Of a stretch of 20,000 bases of DNA, positions 9,481 to 19,857 are shown piece after piece. Numbering within the stretch: position 1 is the stretch's first letter; each line of letters starts with the position of its first letter. The position numbers were made by a program, and so were the translations under genes. A model generated the notes under the pieces. It saw only the letters and a program-made list of their open reading frames with translations, searched no databases and was not told where the DNA came from. Source of the stretch: Chiloscyllium plagiosum (Eukaryota); NCBI RefSeq assembly GCF_004010195.1, contig NC_057749.1, positions 9,081,117 through 9,101,116 on the forward strand, in the 5' to 3' direction.

Positions 9481-10030
9481 CTGTAGATCACAGTAAGGCA
9501 GATAGAATGCCAATTTCTAAGTGTGCAACAGGTTTATCTATTGTGCTTTAAAAAGTCACTACACACACAAAATGTTTGTACTTATCACTATCTCAGTTTC
9601 AGTATCTGGCAGCTTCTGTGCTGTCTGATGACTTTGGTTCTGAGTCAACTCTAAGTTTTAAGCAATCAAGCACCATGAACATTGGTTCTGAGAGTCTGGT
9701 CACTGATCTAACAGTGAACAAATGAATACCCAGACCTCTATATCACATCACATCTGTTGTACAACTAACCAATAATAAGCAAGTTGGATAATGGATACCG
9801 CCCTGCCCCTTCCTCCTGTGAGACATTTCAATCAGCCTGGTACTTAGAGCTAGATCACCCATTCTATCTGCCTTACTGTGATCTGCAGGGACACAAGATT
9901 TAGGGGCAAGAGTAGACCATTCGGCCCACTGATCCTGCTCGGTCTGTCGAGGGGATCTGATTTGATTGTGACTTCAACTCCACCGATCTGTCTGATCCCC
10001 AAAACTGTTGACTTTCCTATTGATTAAAAT
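9339..10030. repeat. Inverted repeat: 171-bp arms (9339-9509 and 9860-10030) around a 350-bp spacer
   Basis: By-hand alignment gives no gaps and about 11 mismatches. Confidence 0.95.
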
Positions 10031-10077
10031 TGGACATAATCCTGAAGGTTTAATTATACGTCCTCATGGCTCCAACC

Positions 10078-10940
10078 TCATAGAGTTAAAGAGATTTACA
10101 GCATGGAATCACCCTTTGGCCCAATTTGTCCATGCTGTCCAGTTTCACAATTAATCTAGTCCCATTTGCCTGCATTTGGTCCATATCTCTCCATACCTCC
10201 CTTTCTAAATGTTCCTTAAATGATGAAATTGTACTCACCTCCACCACTACGTCTGGCAGCATGTTCCAGATACTCACCACCCTCTTGTGAAAAATTGCCC
10301 CTCTGAACCATTTCGTATCTCTCCCCTCTCACCTTAAACCTATGCCCTCTAGGGTAAAAGCTGTAGGCTTTCTATTTTATCTATGTCCCTCATGATTTTA
10401 CAGACCTCTATAAGGTCACCCCCCAGTCTCCCATGCTCCAGGGAAAAGACTCCCAGCCTATCCAGCCTCTCCTTATAACTCAAACCTTCCAGTCCAGGTA
10501 ACATCCTAGTAAATCTTTCAGCACTCTATTAGGTTAATTACTATCCTTTCTATGGTAGAGTGGCCAGAACTGCACACAGTACAGGTAGACAATCCTTTAT
10601 CCGAAATGCTCGGGACCAGCTGTTTTTCGGAATTCAGAACTTTTCGGTTTTCAAAATAAGTGACAGTTTAATGGTGAAATTTTAAAAACATCTTACCAGA
10701 GGAGCAGACTTCTAAGTAAGAATGTGTTTGGCCACACCCCACCCCCATGTCGCATCTGAGTGACACGCATCGAGTGGGTGTCTACTTGGATTAACTGTTT
10801 GCAGGCCAAACCCCCTCTTTAATAAGAAAATACTTTTTAAAAAAACTTCAGATTTTGGAACTTTTCGGTTTTTGTATGTTCGAGTAAAGGATCTTCTACC
10901 TGCACTCCAAATGTGGCCTCACCAATGTCTTGTAACCTCC
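10078..10940 (-). mobile_element. CR1 LINE 3' fragment interrupted by a MITE
   Basis: Closely parallels 7449-8040. Confidence 0.85.
10582..10902. mobile_element. Non-autonomous Tc1/mariner-pogo element (Tigger4/MER46-like MITE)
   Basis: Imperfect 24-bp TIRs caggtagacaatcctttatccgaa and ttcgagtaaaggatcttctacctg. Inserted at the TA of CR1 cagtactcc (left TA, right CA). Confidence 0.85.
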
Positions 10941-11031
10941 CATTAAAACTACCATTCACTCCATCTCCAATATTTTTGTTGACAACGAAATGTTATCAAG
11001 AAATTGAAAGGGATATTTTGTTTTTGTGCCA

Positions 11032-11307
11032 TTAGTTTAGATTCCCTACAGTGTGGAAACAGGCCCTTCGGCCCAACCAGTCCACACTGACCCTCGGAAG
11101 AGTAACCCACCCAGATCCATTTCCCTCTGACTAATGTACCTAACACTATGGGCAATTTACCACGGCCAATTCATCTGACCTGCACATCTTTGGACAGACA
11201 CGGGGAGAAAATGCAAAACTCCACGTAGACAGCTGCCCAAGGCTGGAATCAAACCTGGGACCCTTGTGCTGTGAGACTGCAGTGCTAACCACTGAGCCAC
11301 CGTGCCA
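11032..11307 (-). mobile_element. HE1-type SINE with an internal deletion
   Basis: Reverse complement of 2386-2704 lacking part of the core. Confidence 0.9.
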
Positions 11308-11559
11308 CAAGTGATTGTTCTCTTTTATTTGCTCAATAACTCTGAGCAGGAGCTTAAAGTTAAGAATCTGGAGGAGCTGGGGAAACTCAAATCTTTACAG
11401 AGCTCCTGTACAGACACAGACCAGCCCATGGCTCAAACCCAAACTGCTTGCCACCAGAGATACAACTCCTGGAGAGCATTAGCAGTCTGTACTTTATCTA
11501 CGTTGATCCCAATAATGCAACTCGATGGAATTAGAAGGAACTCAAGAATAGGAAAAGTG

Positions 11560-11800
11560 CTATGGAAAATTACTGCGAGCAAGAAGGCCTTTCAACCCAT
11601 CATGACCATGCTGACGGACAATGAGACTTCAGCTAAATCCCGTTTTCCACCTCTTGGTCAGTAGTGCTGTGGGTTATGTCACTTTAAGGGTTTTTCCAAG
11701 ACTTCCTTCACTGTGTTGTGTCCTGCCTCTGCCACCCTTTGAGACAGTGAGCTCCACATCTCTACTACCCTCTGGATTAAAGAACTTTCCCTTGAATCCT
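11560..11800 (-). mobile_element. Old CR1 3' end remnant
   Basis: gaaggcctttcaacccatcatg...ctactaccctctgg. Confidence 0.5.
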
Positions 11801-11834
11801 TTTGTCCTCAATCAGAATCTAACTTTCGTAAAAG

Positions 11835-12037
11835 GAAAGAACTGTCGGGGCTTGAAATATGAAACAAAGCCAGAAACCCCTGGAGAAACTCAGCATCTGT
11901 GCAGAGGGGAAGCAGAGTTAATGTTTCCAGTCCAGTGACCTTTCTTGAGACCCAGACACTGGTAACTGGACTCGAAACGTTAACTCTGTTTTCTCTCCAC
12001 AGCTGCTGTCAGAACTGCTGAGTTGTTCCAGCAATTT
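11835..12037. mobile_element. Second-family palindromic Penelope-derived element
   Basis: cagagttaatgtttccagtccagtgacc is inverted relative to ggtaactggactcgaaacgttaactctg. Confidence 0.65.
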
Positions 12038-12463
12038 CAAAATCAACATTGTTTAGTTGTGGAACCCTCAAAGAAGGGGAAACAGAATACTCATCTCCAA
12101 CCTGTCTCAACCGGTTGTAATTTTATGCACTTTAATTCAATCCCCACTCAACCTCCTCAGTTCAAAAGAAGACTCTTTATTCTGACAACTTGAAAGTCAG
12201 CCGGGTCAAACTGCAGTGATTCACTCACTGGCATTATAAGAAACTGTTCCTAAAAGGAGACAATTGCCAAAGAAAAACGTCATTTCTCCGTGACCTGTAT
12301 TCATCTTTGTTTAAATCAACCCTTTTCAAATCGGAAGACGACAGCACGATCCACTTGCTAATCACAATCACACAGCCTTTTCTGAAAAAAAAACTCAGGG
12401 CACTCTCCATTTAATGTATGGGCGATGGGGGTGGAAGGAGATGGCATGATTCACGCAACTTAC

Positions 12464-12537
12464 TTTTCTGCAATTTCTTGCTTTAATGAAGTGACCAGGA
12501 GTTCCAACCTTTGATTCTCCAAGCTACATTCAGAGTA
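12464..12537 (-). CDS. Coding exon A of an unidentified coiled-coil protein (YSECSLENQRLELLVTSLKQEIAE-K), 74 nt, phase 0 to 2
   Basis: Minus strand reads cattttctcccacag|exon|gtaagt. Open frame, helical heptad-like composition, joins exon B in frame. Confidence 0.85.
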
Positions 12538-12669
12538 CTGTGGGAGAAAATGTGCATTGTTAAGTTGTGCAAGACGATGCAACACAGAGCCTGATACTTT
12601 GATCTTGAAGTGAATGTATGGTTTTAGCAAAATGAACTGTCTGTCACCTCCCCCTGCTGGTTTGATTTG

Positions 12670-12800
12670 GAGTCATAGAGCTATACAGCATGGAACCAGA
12701 CCTTTCAGTCCAACTGGTCCATGCCAACCAGATATCCTAAATTAATCTAGTCCCATTTGCCAGCATTTGGCCCATATCCCTCTAAACCCTTCCTAGTCAT
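12670..12800 (-). mobile_element. CR1 3' end
   Basis: Matches the terminal units at 7269-7560. Confidence 0.85.
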
Positions 12801-12802
12801 CC

Positions 12803-12892
12803 CTTTTTTAAATTCATTTACAGGATGAGGGCATCTCTGGCTGGGCCAGCATTTATTGCCCATCCCTAATTACCCAGAGGGCAGTTAAGAGT
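12803..12892 (-). mobile_element. Tail of the 712-1058 SINE family or of its partner LINE
   Basis: gccagcatttattgcccatccctaatt. Confidence 0.75.
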
Positions 12893-13097
12893 TAGCTTGG
12901 ATGGCTGGTTTGCAATGCAATGCAGAGAGGTGCCAACAGCATAGGTTCAATTCCTGCACTGGCTGTGGTTACTGTGAAAGATTCTCTTTTTCAACCGCTC
13001 CCCTTGCCTGAGGTGTGGCGACCCTCATATGAAACAACCACCAATCATCCTTCTCTCACTAATGAGAGAGTAGGCCTCTGGGACTATGGTAACACTA
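12891..13097 (+). mobile_element. tRNA-derived SINE of another family
   Basis: B box ggttcaattcc; body ccccttgcctgaggtgtggcgaccctca is shared in inverse orientation with 15705-15870. Confidence 0.75.
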
Positions 13098-13680
13098 GCT
13101 TTTTGTTTTGTCGCAGCTTTATGAGTGATTAATTCAGCTCAAGGAACCTTGCTGAATCTAAATAGGTTCACGGTTGTAAGTCTGGGAAAAGAACAGTTGG
13201 AGGTCTCAAGGCTTCAGAGAAAGGAGGGAGCCCCCTGTCTGCAGTCATGACTTTTAACATTATCACTAAGGACCACCAAATTACATCACACACGCATTTG
13301 CAGACCTTCCTAAAATCACCAAATACTTTTTGCAAACTCTTCAGGAGCCAAAGTGCCTCAGATCACCCATTTCCAAACTGATGATCACAAAACTTCCCGT
13401 GACTTTTAATCCGCTACTGACTGAAGTGATTCACTGAATAAGCTGATGCAGTCCCCACAGTTCAGTGAACAACCAAGGCAAATGTCCCAGCTGAATTGTA
13501 GATCATAAATATGCAGTGGAATGACAAAATGATTCATTATGGATTTGATACATTAGAAATAAATGAATTGCAACCACACGGCACACAGTGCTCTGCATGT
13601 TAAGGGAATGACCACAAGATATGCAATGTCAAGTGAGGACAGAAGACAATATTAATTATTGGTACGTTGTCAGTGCTGAT

Positions 13681-14075
13681 TGAAGGAAAAGGTGAGGGAA
13701 AGGAGAAAAATGGTGGAGAGGGTGAAGGAAAGGGAAGAGATAAATGGGAAAGAGTGGAGGAAAGTGAAAAAGAGCAAGAAAAAGTGAGAAGGAGCAAGAA
13801 AAGGAGGGAAAGAGCACGAAAAGGAGGGAAAAAGTGAAAAGGGAAAGAGTGAAAAAAGAAAGAGCTAGAAAAGGAGGGAAAGAGTGGAGGGAAAAGAGGG
13901 GAGGAGTAGAGGGAAAGAGTGAGAAAAGGAGGGTAACAGCGAGAAAAGGAAGGGAACAATGAGAACAGGAGGGAAAAAGTGAAGGCAAAGACTGAGAAAA
14001 GGAGTGTAAGAGTGGAGGGAAAGAGGGAGAAAAGAAAGGAAAGTGCAGTGCAAATGAACAAAAAAAAGGGACAGA
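13681..14075 (+). repeat. GA-rich low-complexity tract or degenerate minisatellite
   Basis: Recurrent ggagggaaagagtg and gaaaaggag motifs; almost entirely purine. Confidence 0.9.
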
Positions 14076-15380
14076 GAACGAATATGTTAAGACACACATT
14101 GGAGTAACAATATTTTTAAACAAACTTTTCTTTGCACTACACTCAGTTCTGCTCCGATCAGAAAAATATTGGAGAAAAAAATGAATTAAACACAACAGTA
14201 AAATTTCCTTAAACAAGTGTGTCGACTGAAATATTTCCTCTGTAGTCGGAGGCAGAAAAAAGACGTTAAAATAGCAAACAGCCAACACTTCTGAACAGTT
14301 CAACATTTCCGGCAATATTAACACCTAAACAGAATTGGAAAAAATGACGAATTCCGTTTTCACCATCATCAATATATTTCGATAATAACACGCTTGACTC
14401 ATGCATCTTGGTGATGGGGAATTGAAGTGGTTATAGCAAGTGAGGAAATTATGAGGAGTTGAAGCCAGAAAGAGGAGTAAAGCAGGTTTTTTTGGGTGAG
14501 AACTGAAACGGCAGGAGTCCATGTTTGCTGTTAGTTTGGAATTCATGCAGCAGTTTGCGACTATAGCAGCAGAGTGGCTGCTTTTGACATTATGCTGGCA
14601 TCACAGTGTAGGTTATGGAGAGTGCGAGTCAAAGAGCTTTACTTATAATGGAATCTCACTGTGCACTGGGGGCCATTCCTGGCTGTCATCAATGGCCTCT
14701 TCACCAACCAAGAATCAACCTGATGAAGGAGACCAGACATGAGAGATGGAATATTTTATTTCCTTGCCTCATTATTTTATCCTAATAGTAATATCATCAA
14801 AGAGCATTCAAGACATCATGGTGCATTGCCATGTGAAACCAGAACAGTTTATTGGTTATATGCACCACACACCACCAAAACATTATAGAAGTTAAATTGC
14901 GAATGCTTTGGGCCCATGGAGCGAAATCTCAGTGAGCTGTCAGTGTATGGAAGAGAAGCGAATATCACAGCTATTACAGAGATATGCTGCAGCACTGAAC
15001 TTTGAATGGAACTGGACACCTAGGAATGACAGGACACTAGGAAAAAGTTGGGGGGGGGGGGGTGCTCTGTAAGTTAATGATGGGTTTCGCACAATGGAGA
15101 AGAATGACCTAGGTTCATAAAACCAAGAGGTGGAAACGGTTTGGAAACTGTGGTAACAGAAATGATGACAGCATGAGTCACTTGTGGGAGTGGTGTACAG
15201 GCTCCTAACAGTAACCACATGGTAGTTGGGAGCTTAAAGGAAGAAATTATGATAGCTTATCAAAAAGGCACAGCAGTAACCATGGGAAATTTTGATTTTT
15301 ATAAAAGCTGGACAAACCCAATGGGTAAAGGTAGCCCAGAGGAGGAGCAGATAGAATGGTGTCAGGATAGTTCTAGGCTT

Positions 15381-15479
15381 CTTGATGAAGGGCCTTTGCA
15401 CGAAATGTCAACTTTCCTGCTCCTCGGATGCTGCCTGATCTGCTATGCTTTTCCAGCATCACTCTCATCTTACTCATAA
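15381..15479 (+). mobile_element. Single arm of the Penelope-derived element with a 10-bp TSD
   Basis: Matches 2211-2300; ttctaggctt occurs at 15371-15380 and 15480-15489. Confidence 0.75.
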
Positions 15480-15704
15480 TTCTAGGCTTGACTGGAGACC
15501 ACATTTGACCTGGTATTGTGCGATGAGTTAGGACTGATTAATTATCTCATCATCAAGGTATTCCTAAACAGCAGCAAACAAAATATGATTGAATTTTATA
15601 GTCACTTTGAGGGAGAGAGGAGTGGATCTTATTTGCTTAAATTTAAACAGGAGGACATTAAAGCAGAGTTGGCCAAAGTGAATTGAGGTCAAAGGTTAGG
15701 TCAG

Positions 15705-15870
15705 TAAGAAGGCATCATAGTCCCACCAGACCATAGGGCTGCTCTCTCATTAGAGAGAGGCGACTGGTGGTAGTTTAACCTGAGGGTCACTGTGCCTCAG
15801 GTAAGGGGAGAGTTTGAGAAGGAGAGTCCTATGAGGTAACCTCAGCTGATGCAGAAATTGAACCCACGTC
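15705..15870 (-). mobile_element. SINE of the same family as 12891-13097
   Basis: ctctctcattagagaga...tgagggtcactgtgcctcagg. Confidence 0.7.
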
Positions 15871-16285
15871 ACTCTTGTGTTTAAGTGGGTATTACAGACT
15901 ACACTCCAATGAGAAAGCATAGTTCCATCATCCGTGATTGGCTAGAAATGCTAAAGACAGCATCGAACTGAAAGAAAAGACAGATCACCTTGCAATGGCA
16001 GGCAACGGGTCAGACCATTGATTTTTAAAGAAACCGCAAAGAACCACCAGAAAATTAAGAAAGTGGGACAAATGAGAGAATCCAGGGTTAGCTAGCCAGA
16101 AATATAAAAACAGGCAGTAAGAGTTTCTATGATTATTTAAAAAAGAAAAGAGTTAATAAAATTAATGTTGATTCTACAGAAAGTGAGACTGGAGAATTAA
16201 TCATGGAAAATAAAGAGTTGGCAGGAGAAATAAACAGGTATTTTGAATCAGTCGTCTCTACAATGGACACAAGTAACATCCTGGA

Positions 16286-16640
16286 TCTATCTCAACTGCC
16301 CCTCATATCCCCAAACATCATTATTGTAAACCTCCTCCAATGCCAGCACATCCATCGTTAGGTACACAGCCCAAAACTGCTCACTATATTCCAAATGGAG
16401 TTTGACCAGAGCCTTATACAGCCTCAGCAGTACATCCCCGCACCTGTATTCTAGTCCTCTTGAAGTGAATGCTAACATTGCATTTGCCTTCCTAACTGCT
16501 ATCTGAATCTGCATGTTAACCTTCAGGGAATCTTGAACTAGGAATTCCAAATTCTTTTGTGCTTCAGATTCCCAAGACCTTTTCCCTAATTAGAAAATGG
16601 TCTACACCTCTGTTCTTCCTGCCATAGTGTGAAATCTTAC
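16286..16640 (-). mobile_element. CR1 ORF2 C-terminal fragment
   Basis: ORF 16287-16550: KANAMLAFTSRGLEYR...LYKALVKLHLEYSEQFW. Confidence 0.88.
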
Positions 16641-16644
16641 AATA

Positions 16645-16775
16645 GAAACATAACCTGAACATAGGAACAGGAGTAGGCCATTTGGCCCTTGAGCCTGTTC
16701 CACCATTCAATGAAACCATGGCTAAACTGTACTCTAAATCGATATATCTGCCATATATCCCTTAATATCTTATTA
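16645..16775 (-). mobile_element. CR1-type 3' end remnant
   Basis: ataggaacaggagtaggccatttggccc. Confidence 0.6.
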
Positions 16776-17599
16776 TAGATCCAATATGTAAAATTAAAGA
16801 TGATATATAAATGTGAGTAGGTGGTGAAAATAGGATCTCTCCTGGAATCCCAGTGAAACAGGATTCTGATGCACTTGGAAACAATGTAAATTGCATTTAG
16901 ATATCCGTCAGTCAGTCACTGACTGAGGCCAGCGGCACTGGCATTGTCGTAAGACCAGCCTGACCCTTTTGCAAACCTACAGAAGACCCAGGCTCGAGCC
17001 CAGCAATAAATGAGCCACATGTCTCTAAATCTGTGGGCAACTGTGGGAAAGCAGCTGTGCAACATGTAACATAATCTGATCAAACAAAAACTCGCATCAA
17101 GAGGAAGTTGGTATAATGTATATAAATAAACACATTGGTGCTCCGCTCCCACAATTCATCCCTGTTTACACTGAGCTCAAAAGGAGCCCCTTCACGAAAG
17201 GAGAGAGAATAATGGCCATTCTGTAACATAATGTGCTTCACATCCCTTTATGTGCTGCTAGTGTCGCTCAACCATTCATCAAAAGCAACATTAAAACAGG
17301 TTTAGTCACGTCTGTTCCATGTATCTGTGATTTGGTCTTGGAGGTGTTTGCTCTGCATTATTACAAAATTATAAGAAAGCTGCTTAATTTTGTTTACCAG
17401 CTCAGCAGCGAGTTGGGAGAGTAGGTTAATGCTTGAACTGACTACCATGTTGGTAAGTAGATTCAACAACCCCCCCTCCATATCTGCTGCTCTGTCCTTT
17501 AAGAGGGCTGTTGTACAAGAGGTGATGGGAGTTATATGACTGGTACATATGCTCTGATCAGACCTCATTGGGGGAACCGCTTTTAGTGCTGGACCCTAC

Positions 17600-18668
17600 A
17601 CCCTTGGATACAGAACTGGCTTAGTCATAGGAGACAGAGGGTAGCGGTGGAAGGAAGCTTTTCAGAATGGAGAGTTGTGGCTAGTGATGTCCCATAGGGA
17701 TCAGTGCTGGGACCTCTGCTGTTCGTGATCTACATAAATGATTTGGAAGAAAATGTTGCTGGTCTAATTAGTAAGTTTGTGGATGATTGGTGAAGTTGCC
17801 GATAGTGAGGAGGATTATCAGAGGGTACAGCAGGATATAGATCAGTTGGAAGCATGGGCAGAAACACGGCAGGTGGAGTTTAACCCGGACAAATGTGAGG
17901 TGATGCATTTTGGAAGGTCAAGTACAGGTGAAAATTATACAGTGAATGGCAGAACCCTTCGGAGTATTGATATGCAGAGGGATCTGGGTGTTCAGGACCA
18001 CAGATCACTGAAGGTGACTGCACAGGTAGATCAGGCAGTACAAAAGGCCTATGGCATATTTGTCTTCATTGGAAGGGGCATTGAGTTTAAAGATAGACAA
18101 GTTATGCTGCAACTTTATAGAACCACATTTGGAATATTGCATACAGTTCTGGTCACCACACTACCAGAAGGATGTGGATACTTTGGAGAGGGTACAGAAA
18201 AAGTTTACCAGGACGTTACATGGTATGGGGGATTTTAGCGATGAAGAAAGCTGAGATAGACTGGGTTTGTTTTCAGTGAAATGCACGAGGTTGAGAGAGG
18301 TTTGTCAGATTATGCATGGCATGGATCGAGTTGGCAAGTGTGAGGCTTTTTTCAAGGGTGGACGGGGTCAATTACTAGGTTCAAGTTGCAAAGGGTGGGG
18401 AGGGTGTAGTTTAAAAGAGATGTGTGAGGCAAGTTTTTCCACTTAAAAAGTGTAGTGAGTGCCTGAAACACGCTGCCAGAGGAGGTAGAGGAAGCAGATA
18501 CAATAGCAGCATTCAAGAAGCACCTGGATGAATATAGGAATAGGAAGGGAATAGAGGGATACGGATCCTGTAAGGGAAGACAGTTTTAGTACAAAGGGCA
18601 AAGTGTGTCGGCGTTGGCTTGGAGGGCCGAAGGTCCTGTTCCTGTGCTGTATCGTTCTTTGTTCTTGT
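17600..18668 (+). mobile_element. 5'-truncated CR1 LINE (RT remnant through 3' end), frameshifted
   Basis: GSVLGPLLF and SKFVDD remnants, FNPDKCEVMHFG, HLEYCIQFWSP; tail cctgtgctgtatcgttctttgttct. Confidence 0.92.
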
Positions 18669-18875
18669 AAAGGCCACTTTTCTTTTTTTGTACTGCAGGT
18701 TGCAACATATAAAACCATACTGCTTTAGACCAAAGGAGAGGATGTTGCAATAAAAAAAATCAAGTAAGCAGAACTTCTTGTGAGCTGCATTGACAAAGTT
18801 ACCTTGTTCAAACAGTGGGGGAGGTGGCTACATATCGCAGTTCAGGGGCTGGACATTGAGGGCAGTTTTGTCCAG

Positions 18876-19825
18876 TGTTAGAACCATCGCTGAATTTTTA
18901 TTCATTTTACTTTTAATTATTTTATTGATTTTTGGTTTGGTTTTGAAGATGTCTTGTGGATGTTGTGAAACAATTTGTGGGGGAAAAGAAAAGAAGGGAC
19001 CAAATAAGCTATAGTTTGTTTGACAAGTCAGGTTTGGAGGTGAATTGCAGACAGTGCTTTGATAAAAAGGATTCTTACAGCCACAGCAACTCCAAAAATT
19101 GTGTTTAAACAGAAAGCAGAAGTTGGCATTGAACGAGTCAGTGCCTAGGAAATTGGTTCCAGCAAGTCTGGAAGAGACCCTATCTTCAAGCAGATGGCAG
19201 CTGTTGAATGGTAATTGAGGCTTTAGGAAGAGATGTTCAGTGGAATCACAACAGAAGTTGTCTTTTATTTAAACTATGTTTTCTGGGAGAGCACAGTGTA
19301 AAGATTTAAAAGCTTCCTGCCGAATGTACCATTTCAGCTTGTGAATGAGTAGAAAGCCGAATTACAAGGAATCCTGCCTTAGCCTGGGGGAACTGAAAAG
19401 CTGACCCTAATCTGCAGTTTCAGGAAAGCAATCAACGAATCCTTGATTTATATCTATGATACAATGCATCGCTAAAAGCATTTATGGAATGTGACCAGTT
19501 TTATTATTTATTCCTTAACTGTGTTTATTTGTCTTTCTCTGTGAATAGGAGCTGAAAACAAATGTTTCGGGTTGAAAGTTTAGACATTAATTAGCCTCCC
19601 TTGTTATCCAATTTTTTTCCTATGCTAAGGTTATTGTGCATTTAATAAATATTGAAGTCTTCTACAACACCAGTGTGTGGACTCAATTATCCACAAAGTC
19701 TGAAATTGGTTCTCAAAAGTCTGCTTACGAACAACTGGAGGATTGCTTGGGGCTTTAGTTGTACGGGTGGTGAATACAGAGGTAGATAGGCTGACTTAGT
19801 TTGCTGCCTGCCCTGAGTCCTAACA
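18876..19825 (+). mobile_element. Solo LTR, 950 bp, with a 4-bp TSD
   Basis: Termini TGTTAGAAC and GTCCTAACA (8/9 inverted match). CCAG at 18872-18875 and 19826-19829; AATAAA at 19644. Confidence 0.8.
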
Positions 19826-19857
19826 CCAGTGACAGACTTTGGATTTGTTGTCATCAA

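Larger units (their letters stand above)
14885..16285 (+). mobile_element. Decayed CR1 ORF2 (endonuclease and linker region) with nested insertions
   Basis: Remnants such as ggagtggtgtacaggctcct (GVxYRPP-like) and catgggaaattttgattt (MGDFN-like), with many stops. Confidence 0.7.

Noticed and set aside
11302..11664. 120-aa plus-strand ORF
   Set aside because: Starts at a SINE edge, ends in a CR1 remnant, has no good donor and is antisense to the supported gene.
12295..12381. Acceptor (t)10cag with a frame continuing exon A (KGCVIVISKW...)
   Set aside because: It needs an 82-nt intron and has only poor donors; the peptide breaks the coiled coil, while A to B joins cleanly. A read-through alternative end cannot be excluded.
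13584..13622. CACAGTG + 23 nt + acaagatat, RSS-like
   Set aside because: The nonamer matches only 5/9 and there is no adjacent V or D coding segment.
13600..14324. Long F/L/S/P-rich minus-strand ORFs (165 and 222 aa)
   Set aside because: Artefacts of the stop-free CT-rich low-complexity strand.
14644..14720. Minus-strand exon candidate VDSWLVKRPLMTARNGPQCTVRFHY
   Set aside because: Weak donor, and it ends in phase 2, incompatible with exon A.
18699..18763. Plus-strand segment with a strong acceptor and a gtaagc donor
   Set aside because: Stops in all three frames and no partner exons found; at most a non-coding exon.
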